Part shown: positions 47,102 through 58,166 of the stretch, one piece after another
Numbering within the stretch: position 1 is the stretch's first letter
How the letters are laid out: each line of letters opens with the position of its first letter
Assembly (NCBI GenBank): GCA_024405635.1
Contig: JAKSOL010000004.1
Coordinates: forward strand, 83,563-147,562
Direction of reading: 5' to 3'
DNA: 64,000 nucleotides
Origin: Salinivirgaceae bacterium
Lineage (GTDB): Bacteria; Bacteroidota; Bacteroidia; Bacteroidales; SZUA-534
Notes under the pieces: model-generated
Told to the model about the DNA's origin: nothing
The model's database searches: none
Seen by the model: the letters and a program-made list of their open reading frames with translations, nothing else
Position numbers and translations under genes: made by a program

Positions 47102-50050
47102 ATGAAAAGGTATTTGTGTAATCTATTGATTATTGCCTTTTTACTCGCGTTTTTAACGTCGTGTAAAAAGCAATGTCGTGTAGTTACTTATACCGATTCA
47201 AATGGATTCGAATATCAAACTGTAACAACCGACCCATATTCGGTTAGGGTTTATACTCTCAAAAATGGACTAAAGGTTTACTTGTCGGTAACGCACGATG
47301 AACCTCGCATTGTTACTCGCATTGCAGTTAAGGCAGGCTCAGTTGAAGACCCCGACGACAATACAGGTTTGGCGCATTACCTTGAACACATGATGTTTAA
47401 GGGAACTCCGCGGCTTGGTACAATTAATTGGGAAAAAGAAAAACCCTTGCTCGATGAGATTGAACAATTGTACGAACAACATTATGTTGCTTCGTCTGAG
47501 GCTGAACGCAAAAACATTTATCGAAAAATTGATAGCGTTTCGTTCTTGGCATCAAAGTATGTAGTGCTTAACGAGATTGATGCACTATCGACAACAATTG
47601 GTGCTAGTCGTCAAAATGCTTTTACCGACAACGATATGTCGGTTTTTTATTGCGAAATACCGTCAAATGAACTTGATAGATTTCTGCAAATTGAAAGTGA
47701 ACAACTGCAGAATCCAGTAATGCGAGGTTTTCATACCGAATTGGAGTCTATTTACGAAGAATTTAACCAATGGCAAGATGGCGCAGGCGAGTCGGCGCTC
47801 TATGCAGCCCGATGGGGATTGGTTAAAGGTAGCCCATACGATCATGATGTTGCTGGTAAATCGGAGCATTTGCGCCGACCTTCAATAACGCTAATCAAGG
47901 AGTTTGTAAAGAATTATTACGTGCCAAATAATATGGCAGTGTGCCTTGCGGGCGATTTTAATCCTGACGAGGCGGTGGCCTTGGTAAACAAATATTTTGG
48001 TAACGCTGAACCGCATCAAGTAGTTCGCCGGGAAGTGCCGCAACAAAAAAAACCGACATGCCAAACCGATACTACCATTATCGATCCACAAGATGAATTT
48101 GTGGTTATTGGTTTTTTGGGCGGGGGCTATAATTCGTCCGACAAAAAATGTATTAACTTGATTGATAATATATTATGCAACGAACAGTCGGGTTTGGTTG
48201 ATATTAACATTAACAATCAGCAAACTGCGTCGTGGGCCGAAACCTTTATGTATCAGAACTATGCTAATGGCTATTTGTTTATGATGGGTTGGCCTAATGC
48301 AGGGCAAACGCTTGACGAGGTTAAAGATTTGTTGCTAGCCGAAGTTGAAAAGGTGAAAAATGGCGAATTTGACGATTGGATGCTTGAGTCAAATATTGCA
48401 GAAACTCAAATGTATAGCCAAAGCCAATTAAATTCGGCAAGCGGCATTTGTGAGCAAATGTCAGAGTGCTTTATTTTTGATGTTCCATGGATTTCGCGTG
48501 TTACTTACCCCGATAGCTTACAAAGTGTTTCAAAGGCGCAATTGGTTGAATTTGCAAAAACGTTTCTTACTAATCCAATGGTTGTGTACAAACGTCAAGG
48601 AGCCAATCCCAACCTTGTTAGAGTTGAAAAACCTCAAATTACCCCAATCGTTGGTTCGGGCCAATTGTATTCTGAATTCGGCAAACAGATATTGTCGCAA
48701 AAAGTTGAACCTATAGAACCTGTTTATGCCGATTTTGGCAAATCGATAAAGAAAACCAAACTATCTGACGATATTTATTTTGACTATGTTTATTCATTGT
48801 CGCCGTCATTCAGTTTGAATTATGTTATTGAAATTGGTGAATACAATACCAATTGGATTAAGCCCGCCTTAAAACAACTCACTCTTTTGGGCACCGACAA
48901 ATACTCGTCAGACGAATTGCTAAATCAATTGTCAAGCTATGGTTTGTCGTTAACCACTGAAGTGTATCCGCGCTACTCAGTCATTAAATTGTCGGGTGCC
49001 GAAAAAAATGCAGAAAAGGGAATGCAGTTGCTTGAACATATTTTATTAAACCTTAAGCCCGATAATCAAGTGTTTGATGAAATGGTTAACAACATTGCCG
49101 ACGAGCATCAAAAGAATATGTTTGATCCAAAGTACATAGTGGCCACAGCGTTTCCCGAATATGCACGATATGGAAAAGATGCACCATTTCGTAACGGATT
49201 GTCATCGGAGCAAATGCGCGAAATAGGTAGCGTGGGCTTGGTGGATTTTATAAAAGAGCTCACAAGCTATCCACATCGTGTGTTCTATTATGGACAATCA
49301 TCGTATCGCTCGGCTCTTAAAATTGTAAAAAAGTATCATAAGTTGCCTAAAAACACGTTGCCTCCTCATCATTTGCGCGATTTTAAGGTTATAGCAGATG
49401 GAATTCCAAAAGTATATGTTGTGGATTATGAATCGCTACAAACTACGGCGCTATCATTTGCAGTAGGCGAACAAATTACACCTCTGCTATTTGCTTACGA
49501 CAGCGTTTTTAATATGCTGTATAATACAAAAAACACAATGAACACCATTCCACAACAAATGTTGCGAGAATCGAAGGCTTTGGTTTACGATGTTTTGGCG
49601 CGATTTGTTATGCCTGACGATAGCAAAAGCCCAACATATATGCAGACGCAAATGAGCATGCAGAACGATAAACTAATATCGGCCTTAAGCGAAATGCAGA
49701 ACGTTACAACCGAACTATATGTGCAACCCGAAAATTTGGAATCGGCATGTAAAACTCTTCAAAAACGCATCGAAACATCGCGAATAATAGGTGAAAATAT
49801 TTATTGGACATGGCACAAACTTAAACTGATGAATATGGATTTTGATGTTCGCCGATTAGTGTATGAACTGTCAAAAACTATTGATATCGAGATGTTTAAC
49901 GACTATTTTATTGAAAATGTTGCGGGGCGCCAACAAACCATATTCCTTTTAGGAAATAAGTCAGAAATGGATTTGGAGGCACTAAGCCGTTTTGGTGAAG
50001 TACAAGAGTTGACTCTTGACGAATTATTCAATGTAAATCAAATTAATTAA
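47102..50050 (+). CDS. M16 (insulinase) family zinc peptidase, lipoprotein
   Basis: Lipobox LTSC; LKNGLKVY; GLAHYLEHMMFKGT (HxxEH); YYVPNNMAVCLAGD. Confidence 0.92.
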   Translation: MKRYLCNLLIIAFLLAFLTSCKKQCRVVTYTDSNGFEYQTVTTDPYSVRVYTLKNGLKVYLSVTHDEPRIVTRIAVKAGSVEDPDDNTGLAHYLEHMMFKGTPRLGTINWEKEKPLLDEIEQLYEQHYVASSEAERKNIYRKIDSVSFLASKYVVLNEIDALSTTIGASRQNAFTDNDMSVFYCEIPSNELDRFLQIESEQLQNPVMRGFHTELESIYEEFNQWQDGAGESALYAARWGLVKGSPYDHDVAGKSEHLRRPSITLIKEFVKNYYVPNNMAVCLAGDFNPDEAVALVNKYFGNAEPHQVVRREVPQQKKPTCQTDTTIIDPQDEFVVIGFLGGGYNSSDKKCINLIDNILCNEQSGLVDININNQQTASWAETFMYQNYANGYLFMMGWPNAGQTLDEVKDLLLAEVEKVKNGEFDDWMLESNIAETQMYSQSQLNSASGICEQMSECFIFDVPWISRVTYPDSLQSVSKAQLVEFAKTFLTNPMVVYKRQGANPNLVRVEKPQITPIVGSGQLYSEFGKQILSQKVEPIEPVYADFGKSIKKTKLSDDIYFDYVYSLSPSFSLNYVIEIGEYNTNWIKPALKQLTLLGTDKYSSDELLNQLSSYGLSLTTEVYPRYSVIKLSGAEKNAEKGMQLLEHILLNLKPDNQVFDEMVNNIADEHQKNMFDPKYIVATAFPEYARYGKDAPFRNGLSSEQMREIGSVGLVDFIKELTSYPHRVFYYGQSSYRSALKIVKKYHKLPKNTLPPHHLRDFKVIADGIPKVYVVDYESLQTTALSFAVGEQITPLLFAYDSVFNMLYNTKNTMNTIPQQMLRESKALVYDVLARFVMPDDSKSPTYMQTQMSMQNDKLISALSEMQNVTTELYVQPENLESACKTLQKRIETSRIIGENIYWTWHKLKLMNMDFDVRRLVYELSKTIDIEMFNDYFIENVAGRQQTIFLLGNKSEMDLEALSRFGEVQELTLDELFNVNQIN

Positions 50051-50062
50051 TCATATTGAAAA

Positions 50063-50536
50063 ATGGGACAAAAAGCAGACAGACACACCGCAATAGCAGA
50101 ATTGGTTACTAATAATGAAGTAACCTCGCAAGAAATGCTACTTGACATGCTTAAAGAAAAAGGCATTGTTGCAACACAAGCAACATTGTCGCGCGATTTA
50201 AAACGAATGAAAATATTTAAACGCTCGTCAATATTAACTGGAAATTATTGCTACGCCTTGCCCGAAACTATAACTACAGCACCAGTAACATCAACCACGT
50301 CGCCTCTTGATGGTTTAGTGTCAATTGAATTTTCGGGTAGCATGGCAGTTGTAAAAACACTTCCAGCGTATGCTCAACCAGTGTCGCAAATAATTGATGA
50401 TGCACAAATGGTTGAAATAGCAGGAACTATTGCAGGTAATGATACTATATTAATGGTGTTGAGAAATGGCTTTACAAAGAAACAAGTAAAACAAACCTTG
50501 CTTTCAAAATTCCCAAGCATAAAGGATAAATTATGA
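50063..50536 (+). CDS. argR: Arginine repressor
   Basis: SQEML, TQATLSRD, VVKTLPAYA, GTIAGNDTI. Confidence 0.93.
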   Translation: MGQKADRHTAIAELVTNNEVTSQEMLLDMLKEKGIVATQATLSRDLKRMKIFKRSSILTGNYCYALPETITTAPVTSTTSPLDGLVSIEFSGSMAVVKTLPAYAQPVSQIIDDAQMVEIAGTIAGNDTILMVLRNGFTKKQVKQTLLSKFPSIKDKL

Positions 50537-50613
50537 TTGCTAATTGGTTTTTGATACCGAAAATCTCTTACATTTACGCACAAAATTGATTATCAATTAA
50601 AACACATATCTCT

Positions 50614-50751
50614 ATGAAGAAAATAACCTACATCGCATTGTTTGTTATGTTGAGTGTTGCTTTCTTAAGTTCTTGCAAATCATCTGGCGGAACTTGCCCA
50701 GCATATTCAGATAACGGAGCACAGCAAACAGAGCAACTTGCTCAACGCTAG
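50614..50751 (+). CDS. Small 45-aa lipoprotein (below the ORF-track cutoff)
   Basis: MKKITYIALFVMLSVAFLSS-C-KSSGGTCPAYSDNGAQQTEQLAQR*; clear SPII signal, A-rich leader and its own terminator. Confidence 0.8.
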   Translation: MKKITYIALFVMLSVAFLSSCKSSGGTCPAYSDNGAQQTEQLAQR

Positions 50752-50759
50752 CAGAAAAG

Positions 50760-50785
50760 AGCCTCTTAAAAAGAGGTTTTTTTTT
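50760..50785 (+). terminator. Intrinsic terminator after the small lipoprotein
   Basis: AGCCTCTT-AAA-AAGAGGTT followed by a T tract. Confidence 0.75.
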
Positions 50786-50959
50786 GCTCAAAAACTACTC
50801 GCTATATTCTGTTTGCTACAATGCTTGGCTAAGTAGCATTGCGTCGGTACTCTTATGGTGAGTTTTTTCTTCTACCATAGTCGCGAAAAGAGAAAGGAGT
50901 TGCGGGTTAAGTTTTTGATAGATAGATGATTGTGGGTGAGTAAAAATGTGGAGTAATTG

Positions 50960-50991
50960 TTTGCTTATATTTGCTCTATTATCTACATTTG
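50960..50991 (+). promoter_or_regulatory. Bacteroidota promoter of gap (-33 TTTG, -7 TACATTTG)
   Basis: TTTG at 50960-50963 and TACATTTG at 50984-50991, 20-nt spacer. Confidence 0.65.
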
Positions 50992-51037
50992 TGCGATTTT
51001 TTGAAAAAGGAAAGAGACATTTTTTTTAATATTTTAA

Positions 51038-52048
<1,011 letters not shown>

Positions 52049-52067
52049 TTTTTCCGATAATCAATAT

Positions 52068-52098
52068 AAAAAGCCATCCTTCGGGGTGGCTTTTTTTT
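52068..52098 (+). terminator. Intrinsic terminator after gap
   Basis: AAAAAGCCATCC-TTCG-GGGTGGC followed by a T tract. Confidence 0.85.
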
Positions 52099-52521
52099 GT
52101 CTATTGTTCACTTTTGTGTTGGGTTTGGTTAAGTCATGGATTGTGTTAATAAATTCTCAGATCGAACCGTTTGTTATAGTTACAATTATCTAAACCATTA
52201 TACGTCCCATAAAATATCTCACTATCTACTTTTGAAAGAAGTTTAGATTGGGTGGATATTTTTGTGTATCTGTTGTTATGCATGTAATGGGGTTGTTTAT
52301 GTTATTGAAAATCAAATAATAATAATTGTTGATAATATCCTGTAGTTGGTTCTGCAAGCAAAAAACACATGTAGTATTAGTAGGATTGAATATGAAAATA
52401 AGGCCGATAATTCAAAAGGTGAGCTCTTTTTGGAGATTTTTGATGATTAATGACGGGTTTAATTAAGTGTCATAATAGTATATTTGGATAATTTTATACA
52501 ATTGATTGAAACTATAAATGT

Positions 52522-52896
52522 ATGAGTATGAAGAAAATGCTATTATTCTTGGTGTCTATATTTTTTTCAGTTAGTGTGTGTGCTGAAGAAGTTAGTCCTA
52601 CTTTTAATGTGGAGATTGAACGCAAGGTTAGCTATATTGATATTGAGGGTGAAATGTACTATGATTGTGTAGTTGCTATTAGAGCTAGTAGTGCGACCGT
52701 ATCTGTGGTGTCCGTGCAAATAAAGGATAAAAACGGCAAACGAATATATGTTAGGAAGTTTAAGGGTTCTTATCTATATATTTTTAGTAGTGGACAAATT
52801 CAAATAGGCAAGCCTCGTTTTGACAAGGTGGTGATATATAGTAGGCCATATGGTTCTTATGTCGGTAAGATAAGGGAGAAAGAAGGTGTATATTAG
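52522..52896 (+). CDS. Hypothetical exported protein (beta-rich)
   Basis: Signal peptide MKKMLLFLVSIFFSVSVCA; TATATTTG promoter element at 52479-52486; AT-rich DNA. Confidence 0.65.
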   Translation: MSMKKMLLFLVSIFFSVSVCAEEVSPTFNVEIERKVSYIDIEGEMYYDCVVAIRASSATVSVVSVQIKDKNGKRIYVRKFKGSYLYIFSSGQIQIGKPRFDKVVIYSRPYGSYVGKIREKEGVY

Positions 52897-52926
52897 GGCG
52901 GAATGGATTAATAATGTTGGTTTTAT

Positions 52927-53985
52927 ATGCTAGGGGTTAAATACAAATATGCATACAACCAAAACGGAGAACTAGTTGATGCTAGTTTAATTATACCGCT
53001 TATAGAGCAAAATCCATCTGTAAGAAAGATGGAATATCGTTGTATTGAATGTGGTGAAATAATTAGACCTCGAGGAGGATCAAGATCTCCGCATTTTTAT
53101 CATGAAAACCATAATTGCAATCCGGAAACATATCTCCATAAACTAGCTAAACTTCGCATCAAACAAGCATTTGATGCTCAAAAAGAATTTTTTATTTCAT
53201 TACCTAAAATATCTACTTGCACTGACGTTAACACTTGCAAATTTGCAATAGGTTTATGTAAAGAGAGTCTATCTTCAGAATCGTTTGATTTAAAAAAATG
53301 GTTCGACACTTGTGAATTGGAAAAGGTGGTGGGCGGTTTTATTGCAGATATTGATTTGTATAAATCTGACAATCCTAATCGTTCTCATATCATGATAGAA
53401 GTTCAAGTTTCGCATCCTTGTACAAAGGAAAAATGGGACTCTCCATATAGAATAATTGAAACCAAGGTAATCCGGAAAGAAGAAGATATTGAACGGATTA
53501 TTCAACAAGGATTTGATTCTTCAAATTGTAGAATAAATGAGAGGTTTAAGGTCTTTCGAAAAAATGAGAGAATGGAATCAGATCACATTCAACGGTTTTA
53601 TTATTTCAAAAGTGGAAAAGCATATGTAAAATCTCCTTTCCCAACAGGAGATTATGAAAATGATTTTAAATCATATGTTAATTGTCGGTCAAGGAATAAG
53701 AAGAAAAAAAATAATTCAATGTTTGAATTGAACGTAGAAGCTGATTATTTAGGAGAACCGAATGTTTTGCAAGTAGGTTTGTTGTATTTATATATGAAGC
53801 ATCGGATAAAGAATTGTTTAATATGTAAATACTATTACTACGAAGGGGTTTTGTCTCGGTGTAACTTGTATAAGAAGTATGGAACGCCTCACAATCCTGA
53901 ACAACCATATGCTAAAATATGTAATTATTTTAGAGCTATGGACTATAACCCTCAAGATGTAGAATCAAAAGTGGAGGAAGTATAA
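52927..53985 (+). CDS. CoiA-like protein: N-terminal Zn ribbon + PD-(D/E)XK-like nuclease + Cys-rich C-terminus
   Basis: YRCIECGE...RSPHFYH...CNPETYLHKLAK; IADIDL...IMIEVQVSH; C-terminal CLICKYY...C...C. Confidence 0.7.
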   Translation: MLGVKYKYAYNQNGELVDASLIIPLIEQNPSVRKMEYRCIECGEIIRPRGGSRSPHFYHENHNCNPETYLHKLAKLRIKQAFDAQKEFFISLPKISTCTDVNTCKFAIGLCKESLSSESFDLKKWFDTCELEKVVGGFIADIDLYKSDNPNRSHIMIEVQVSHPCTKEKWDSPYRIIETKVIRKEEDIERIIQQGFDSSNCRINERFKVFRKNERMESDHIQRFYYFKSGKAYVKSPFPTGDYENDFKSYVNCRSRNKKKKNNSMFELNVEADYLGEPNVLQVGLLYLYMKHRIKNCLICKYYYYEGVLSRCNLYKKYGTPHNPEQPYAKICNYFRAMDYNPQDVESKVEEV

Positions 53986-54144
53986 TTGCCTAATAATAAT
54001 CGGTTAATGGATATTGTTATGTCATTGTAAATATTACTTCTCTCGTTTTCAATTTCTTAAAGTTGCTTCCGTCTAACTGTCGGTTTTCACTTTCACTTCT
54101 CTCAATTATATTTGTGCCACAATTGATTGAAAATAGCATTTAAT

Positions 54145-55548
54145 ATGTCGCGAAAGAAGAATCAAAAAAACGTGTTCGAAAATATTGAGATAACCGACAT
54201 TGCCGCAGAGGGAATGGCAATAGGACACTACGATGGTATGGTGGTTTTTGTACCAATGGCTATACCTGGCGATGTGGTTGATGTTGAAGGGAAAATTAAA
54301 CATAAGCGATACATTGAAGGTCATATTGCGCGTTTTGTTGAATATAGTAAAGACCGCGTAGAACCATTCTGTAAACATTTTGGAGCTTGTGGAGGTTGCA
54401 AATGGCAAATTTTGCCTTACGAAAAGCAAATCGCATACAAGCAAAAGCAAGTGGTTGATAACCTTACTCGCATTGGTAAGATTGATTTGCCCGAAGTGAT
54501 GCCAATATTGGGTAGTGCTAAAACTCAAGAATATCGAAATAAACTAGAGTTTACATTCTCGGTAAAACGATGGTTGACAAATGAGGAAATGGAAAATCCA
54601 GAAATTGAAACTCGTGGTGTTGGTTTCCATGTGTCAAACTTCTTCGACAAGGTTGTCGATGTGGAAAATTGCTACCTCATGTCAGAGCCTATAAACCAAA
54701 TACGCAATGCGTTGCGCCAATTTGCGTTCGATAATAACCTTACATTTTACAATCAACGCGAACATGTAGGCTTGTTGCGCAATGTGGTTGTGCGTAATTC
54801 AAACACAGGCGGACTGATGGTTATTATGATATTTGGCGAAGACGACGCACAAGGAATTGAAAAGGTAATGTCGTTCCTTAAAGCACAGTTTCCTGCCATT
54901 ACATCGTTGTTGTACATAGTTAATCAGAAATTAAACGACACATATACCGATTTGCCAGTTGAGTGCTACGCCGGCAACGATTATTTAATAGCCCAAATGA
55001 ACAACTTGAAGTTTAAAGTGGGTCCTAAATCGTTTTACCAAACCAATACCGACCAAGCAATAAACCTTTATCAAGTGGCAAAAGACTTTGCTGAACTAAA
55101 AGGCGACGATGTGGTTTACGACTTATACACCGGAACAGGAACAATTGCGTGCTTTGTTGCCGATAAAGCTAGTCAAGTGGTTGGTATAGAGTATGTTGAG
55201 TCGGCAATAGTTGACGCAAAAGTAAATGCTGAGATGAATAAACTCAACAATTTGAAGTTCTTTGCAGGCGATATGAAAGATGTGTTGACCGACGAATTTA
55301 TTGCAAAGCATGGAAAGCCAAACGTAATAATAACCGATCCTCCACGCTCAGGAATGCACCCCGATGTGGTTCAAACAATATTGCGCACAGCACCCGAACG
55401 AATAGTTTACGTAAGCTGTAATCCGGCAACTCAAGCACGCGACTTGGAAATGATGAAGGAATATTACACTGTTACTAAAGTTCAGCCAGTTGATATGTTT
55501 CCACACACCCATCACGTTGAAAACGTGGTGCAGCTGATAAGAAAATAG
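54145..55548 (+). CDS. rlmD: 23S rRNA (uracil-5)-methyltransferase RlmD/TrmA family with TRAM domain
   Basis: CKHFGACGGCKWQ, YRNKLEF, SFYQTN, DLYTGTGTI, DPPRSG, YVSCNPATQARD, VDMFPHTHHVE; TATATTTG at 54107-54114. Confidence 0.95.
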   Translation: MSRKKNQKNVFENIEITDIAAEGMAIGHYDGMVVFVPMAIPGDVVDVEGKIKHKRYIEGHIARFVEYSKDRVEPFCKHFGACGGCKWQILPYEKQIAYKQKQVVDNLTRIGKIDLPEVMPILGSAKTQEYRNKLEFTFSVKRWLTNEEMENPEIETRGVGFHVSNFFDKVVDVENCYLMSEPINQIRNALRQFAFDNNLTFYNQREHVGLLRNVVVRNSNTGGLMVIMIFGEDDAQGIEKVMSFLKAQFPAITSLLYIVNQKLNDTYTDLPVECYAGNDYLIAQMNNLKFKVGPKSFYQTNTDQAINLYQVAKDFAELKGDDVVYDLYTGTGTIACFVADKASQVVGIEYVESAIVDAKVNAEMNKLNNLKFFAGDMKDVLTDEFIAKHGKPNVIITDPPRSGMHPDVVQTILRTAPERIVYVSCNPATQARDLEMMKEYYTVTKVQPVDMFPHTHHVENVVQLIRK

Positions 55549-55552
55549 CCCA

Positions 55553-56251
55553 ATGTCAGACATAGAAAAAAATACGCCTATAAAAGAATGGGCACGCGAC
55601 GAACAACCTCGCGAAAAGTTAATTGACAAAGGGCCTGATGCCTTGTCTAATGCCGAACTATTGGCAATACTCATATCAACGGGAACTACAAAATACAGTG
55701 CCATTGATTTAGGTCGAAAAATTATGCAACTGGCCGATAATAGTTTAGATGTGCTAGGTCGGTTGTCGGTTAAAGATTTGATGAAGATTAATGGAATAGG
55801 CGAGGCCAAAGCAGTGACTATTGTTACAGCAATGGAATTAGGTCGAAGAAGGCTTAAAGATGGAGTGCCAGCTGCTGAAATATTTAATGCTCCAGAAAAA
55901 ATAGCGGCACTAATGGCCCCAAGGTTAGCAGACCTAACACAAGAAGAATTTCATGTGTTGTACCTAAAACAAAATTTGCAACTGATAAAGGAAGAAACAA
56001 TTTGTACTGGAGGTTTAACAAGTACCATGGTTGACATACGGCTGGTTATGCGTCATGCACTCGAAAATTTGGCCGTAGCAATGATTTTGGTGCACAACCA
56101 TCCGTTAGGAAATCCAAAACCAAGCGAGGCAGATAAACAACTGACTAGTCGCATAAAAGAAGCATCAGCAATGCTTGACATAAAAGTAATTGATCATGTA
56201 ATAGTGGCAGGACATAAGGTATTTAGTTTTAGCGAAGAAGGTTTGTTGTGA
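55553..56251 (+). CDS. radC: RadC family (JAB/MPN domain) protein
   Basis: PREKL...LSNAELLAIL, GIGEAKA, EEF, HNHP-GNPKPSEAD, DHVIV. Confidence 0.95.
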   Translation: MSDIEKNTPIKEWARDEQPREKLIDKGPDALSNAELLAILISTGTTKYSAIDLGRKIMQLADNSLDVLGRLSVKDLMKINGIGEAKAVTIVTAMELGRRRLKDGVPAAEIFNAPEKIAALMAPRLADLTQEEFHVLYLKQNLQLIKEETICTGGLTSTMVDIRLVMRHALENLAVAMILVHNHPLGNPKPSEADKQLTSRIKEASAMLDIKVIDHVIVAGHKVFSFSEEGLL

Positions 56252-56322
56252 GCAAAAAAACAGGTTGTTTTTTCTGCTACCCTGAATAACTTTGCCAATC
56301 AAAAAAATCAATAAACATAAAA

Positions 56323-56988
56323 ATGGAAGCAAAAGTAGCACCATCGTTGTTGTCGGCTGATTTTGGCAATTTGGCGCGCGATGTTGAAATTGTAAACAAT
56401 AGTTTAGCCGATTATATCCACGTTGACATTATGGACGGCGTGTTTGTTCCAAACATTTCAATAGGATTTCCTGTAATGTCGGCGATTAAAAAAGCAGCAC
56501 GCAAGCCACTTGACGTACATCTTATGATTTCAAATCCCGATGCCTATATCGATCGTTTTTGTGAAGCAGGTGCCGATATACTTACAGTCCACTACGAAGC
56601 ATGCACACATTTGCATCGCACAATTGAGCACATTAAGTGCTTCGGGAAAAAAGTTGGAGTAGCAATTAATCCACACACACCAGTTGAGGTGCTTACCGAT
56701 ATTATAGCCGACATTGATTTAGTGCTGATTATGACTGTTAATCCTGGGTTTGGAGGGCAATCATTTATCGAGCATTCATATAATAAACTCAACCGTTTAC
56801 GCGAAATGATTGAAAAACAAGGAGCCAATGTTATGGTTGAGGTTGATGGAGGCGTATCGTTAAAAAATGCAGCAAAATTGGTTGAACACGGAGTAGATAT
56901 TTTGGTGGCTGGTAACTCGGTTTTTGGTTGCGTTAATTCAACCGAGGCTATCGAAAATTTGAAAAAACTCAACGACGGAGCGAAATAG
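56323..56988 (+). CDS. rpe: Ribulose-phosphate 3-epimerase
   Basis: APSLLSADF, HVDIMDGVFVPN, DVHLMI, MTVNPGFGGQ, VDGGV; TAACTTTG at 56287-56294. Confidence 0.97.
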   Translation: MEAKVAPSLLSADFGNLARDVEIVNNSLADYIHVDIMDGVFVPNISIGFPVMSAIKKAARKPLDVHLMISNPDAYIDRFCEAGADILTVHYEACTHLHRTIEHIKCFGKKVGVAINPHTPVEVLTDIIADIDLVLIMTVNPGFGGQSFIEHSYNKLNRLREMIEKQGANVMVEVDGGVSLKNAAKLVEHGVDILVAGNSVFGCVNSTEAIENLKKLNDGAK

Positions 56989-57154
56989 TTTCGTTGTAAG
57001 TAACTGATTTTTGGAAACAAAACAGCGTAATGTTGCCGCGCACAAAAAAGACGGTCGCAATCGTCAAACAAAATCATTTGTTTACCAAAATGAAGTATAG
57101 TAACAGACAAAAATTTATAAATAACTATATATTTGTAGAACCAATAATAGTGTT

Positions 57155-57952
57155 ATGAATAAATATGTACTAATAGCATTGGGAGCCATGGTGATGGCTT
57201 CGTGCTCAAATTCGTCAAACAACAATAAGGCTAAACAACAATTAGAAGAAGTATCGGTATCGCAAATTGTTGAAGATATTAATAGCATCCCAGCTCCAAA
57301 CTCTTTGGAGTTGATGGATATGATAAACAAATCGGGTGCTGCTTATTTGCTAGATGCAACCAATAGTATTGAAAATATTGAGAATTACTTGAGTACAAAA
57401 TCAAAGGCATTGAACCTTGGTGTTTATGCTGCCGATTTGTGCTACAATGTTGCATATAACAAACAGGCTGAAGTTGAACTTTACTTAAAGAACTTGCTTG
57501 TTATTGTGAGCGACCTTAACATTAGCATCAATGCCGAAAAAATATCTGATAGCTTTAAAGATAACAGCAGCGATTTTGCAACTCTTTCAAAATTGACAAC
57601 CGATATGCTTGAAGAGTCGCAATATATTTTGAATCAAACTGATCAAACTGAAATTGCGCTAATGTTCTTAATTGGTAGTTGGGTTGAAACTGCAAGCGTT
57701 TGCTTGTCGGTTGTTGAAAATTCACAAAATCCAGCAGCTGCAATGGATATGGTTAAAAATCATTTTGACTACATTGACAACATTATTAAATACTTAGATT
57801 TGAAAAAAGAAAGCAGCGAGTTTGCTGACTTTATCGAGTCGTTTGCTTCAATAAAAGTAAAATACGAGGCATTTAAGGCAGATTCGTCAAATGCTGATGC
57901 AACAGCAGCTTTGACTGAAGAGGTTGCAAATCTTCGTTCGTCGATTATTTAA
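57155..57952 (+). CDS. Hypothetical helical lipoprotein
   Basis: Lipobox MASC; KALNLGVYAADLCY and GSWVE motifs; own promoter element (TATATTTG 57128-57135) and terminator. Confidence 0.75.
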   Translation: MNKYVLIALGAMVMASCSNSSNNNKAKQQLEEVSVSQIVEDINSIPAPNSLELMDMINKSGAAYLLDATNSIENIENYLSTKSKALNLGVYAADLCYNVAYNKQAEVELYLKNLLVIVSDLNISINAEKISDSFKDNSSDFATLSKLTTDMLEESQYILNQTDQTEIALMFLIGSWVETASVCLSVVENSQNPAAAMDMVKNHFDYIDNIIKYLDLKKESSEFADFIESFASIKVKYEAFKADSSNADATAALTEEVANLRSSII

Positions 57953-57975
57953 GAAAACATTTAGTTTTAAGATAT

Positions 57976-58013
57976 AAAAACGCTGGGAGTATTGTTCTCT
58001 CAGCGTTTTTTTT
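57976..58013 (+). terminator. Intrinsic terminator
   Basis: AAAAACGCTGGGAG-loop-CTCTCAGCG followed by a T tract. Confidence 0.8.
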
Positions 58014-58166
58014 GTGTGTTGTTTTCAGTAATAAGTATAAAACTTGCTTAAGCAGTAGAAATCTGAATTTTGGTATATTATAGAGTGAGAAAAAACGAGA
58101 ATAACGAAAAAATGTCAGTATTTAAGGTTTAAAAATGTAATTTTGTCACACCAAAGTTTTTAGACA

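Noticed and set aside
55553-56251. radC as a marker of a mobile element
   Set aside because: It is the full-length chromosomal form with the N-terminal HhH region, coupled to rlmD, with no mobility genes nearby.
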